Part shown: positions 63,013 through 64,000 of the stretch, piece after piece
How positions within the stretch are numbered: position 1 is the stretch's first letter
How the letters are laid out: each line of letters starts with the position of its first letter
Assembly (NCBI GenBank): GCA_048886685.1
Contig: JBHLKM010000016.1
Location: 1 to 64,000, forward strand
Length of the DNA stretch: 64,000 bases
DNA from: Candidatus Hodarchaeota archaeon
Lineage (GTDB): Archaea; Asgardarchaeota; Lokiarchaeia; Sigyniarchaeales; SOKP01
Reading direction: 5' to 3'
The notes under the pieces: model-generated
Databases searched by the model: none
Told to the model about the DNA's origin: nothing
What the model saw: the letters and a program-made list of their open reading frames with translations, nothing else
Translations under genes and position numbers: made by a program

Positions 63013-64000
63013 ATGTTAAACAAGGTATCTTTTATTGCAGATTTAACTCAATTAGATATTGATAATGTAGAACTAGGAAATAAGGCTACAAATTTAAGTA
63101 AATTAATTCAATATAATTTCTCTGTTCCTAAAGGTTTTGTTATTAAAACTAATGCATATGACGAATTTGTTAATTTTAATAATCTTGATGGTATAATACA
63201 AGATTCCTTGGTAAAAATTGTGTTTGATAATTTTGAGACTATTGAAACGTGCTCTAAAACGATCCAAGACTCAATTGAAAATGGTGAATTTCCCTTAGAA
63301 ATAGCTAATGAATTGGAATTGAAATATAGAGAATTTTCATCTTATAATGTTGCTGTACGATCATCAGCCATAGCTGAGGATCTACCATCTGCTTCGTTTG
63401 CTGGACAATATGACACATATTTGAATTTAGGGGATTTTGCCCAAATTCTTAAGTATATAAAGAAATGTTATGCGTCGTTATGGACAAGTCGGGCGATTGT
63501 GTATAGATATAAAAACAAAATCCCTCATGAGAAGGTTAAAATTGCAGTTATTGTGCAAAACATGATAGATGCGAAATTTGCTGGTGTTCTATTTACTTTA
63601 AATCCAATAACTTCAAAGAATAACGAATTATTAATTGAGTCAAATTATGGATTAGGAGAGTCAATTGTATCAGGAAAAAGTAGCCCAGATCAATTTTTCA
63701 TTCAAAAGTTAAGGAGGGGATCACTTAAAATCCTCAATAGGCGAATTGGCCGAAAAAAGTTAGCAGCATATCCTAAATATAAAGGGAATGATGAGGGTAT
63801 TGAGTATAAGGAATTGTCTGAAGAATTAGCTCAACAATCGTCTCTTTCTGATGAAGCTATTATAAAAATTGCTAAATTAGGACTTCAAATAGAAAAAAAA
63901 TTCAACGGAATTTCTCAAGATATTGAATGGGCTATAGATAAGGATAATCGAATTAATATTCTGCAAACACGGCCTATCACAGCATTTAAAGCTGAAAGCA
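63013..64000 (+). CDS. PEP synthase / PEP-pyruvate-binding domain protein, 3'-truncated by window edge
   Basis: Not in the ORF track; ATG 63013 reads MLNKVSF...GNKATNL...VAVRSSAIAEDL..ASFAGQYDT...QDIEWA...LQTRP. Confidence 0.88.
   Translation, partial: MLNKVSFIADLTQLDIDNVELGNKATNLSKLIQYNFSVPKGFVIKTNAYDEFVNFNNLDGIIQDSLVKIVFDNFETIETCSKTIQDSIENGEFPLEIANELELKYREFSSYNVAVRSSAIAEDLPSASFAGQYDTYLNLGDFAQILKYIKKCYASLWTSRAIVYRYKNKIPHEKVKIAVIVQNMIDAKFAGVLFTLNPITSKNNELLIESNYGLGESIVSGKSSPDQFFIQKLRRGSLKILNRRIGRKKLAAYPKYKGNDEGIEYKELSEELAQQSSLSDEAIIKIAKLGLQIEKKFNGISQDIEWAIDKDNRINILQTRPITAFKAES

Overview
AT-rich, gene-dense chromosomal window from an Asgard archaeon, most likely Lokiarchaeia/Promethearchaeota. 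The assignment rests on a eukaryote-like lokiactin, two Rab/Ras-like small GTPases, a roadblock protein and archaeal informational genes (rpo6, hef, fen1, cdc48, aIF5A, srp54, nob1, KEOPS subunits, rpl37ae). Most of it is housekeeping: purine/pyrimidine/NAD synthesis, TldD/E, porCDAB, an ECF transporter, a sugar-catabolism cluster and one intron-containing tRNA-Val(CAC). The standout observation is a PPi-type phosphofructokinase gene (50592-51801, minus) that looks broken in the ORF track. It is interrupted by two short hairpin inserts (31 nt and 30 nt), both at the same GGYGGAG^AC site in the two conserved Gly-Gly-Asp motifs. Both fold into bulge-helix-bulge-like structures whose predicted splicing-endonuclease cuts exactly restore a 382-aa enzyme. 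They are candidate tRNA-type introns in an Asgard protein-coding mRNA, with a small Vsr/PD-(D/E)xK-like nuclease gene directly upstream. Secondary observations include probable non-AUG (ATA/ATT/ATC) starts, a catalytically degenerate DHDPS-fold/kinase fusion, a dehydrogenase-aldolase fusion linked to an SCP2 protein, and a Zn-ribbon-tailed GTPase. All calls are by eye; no searches or folding programs were run.
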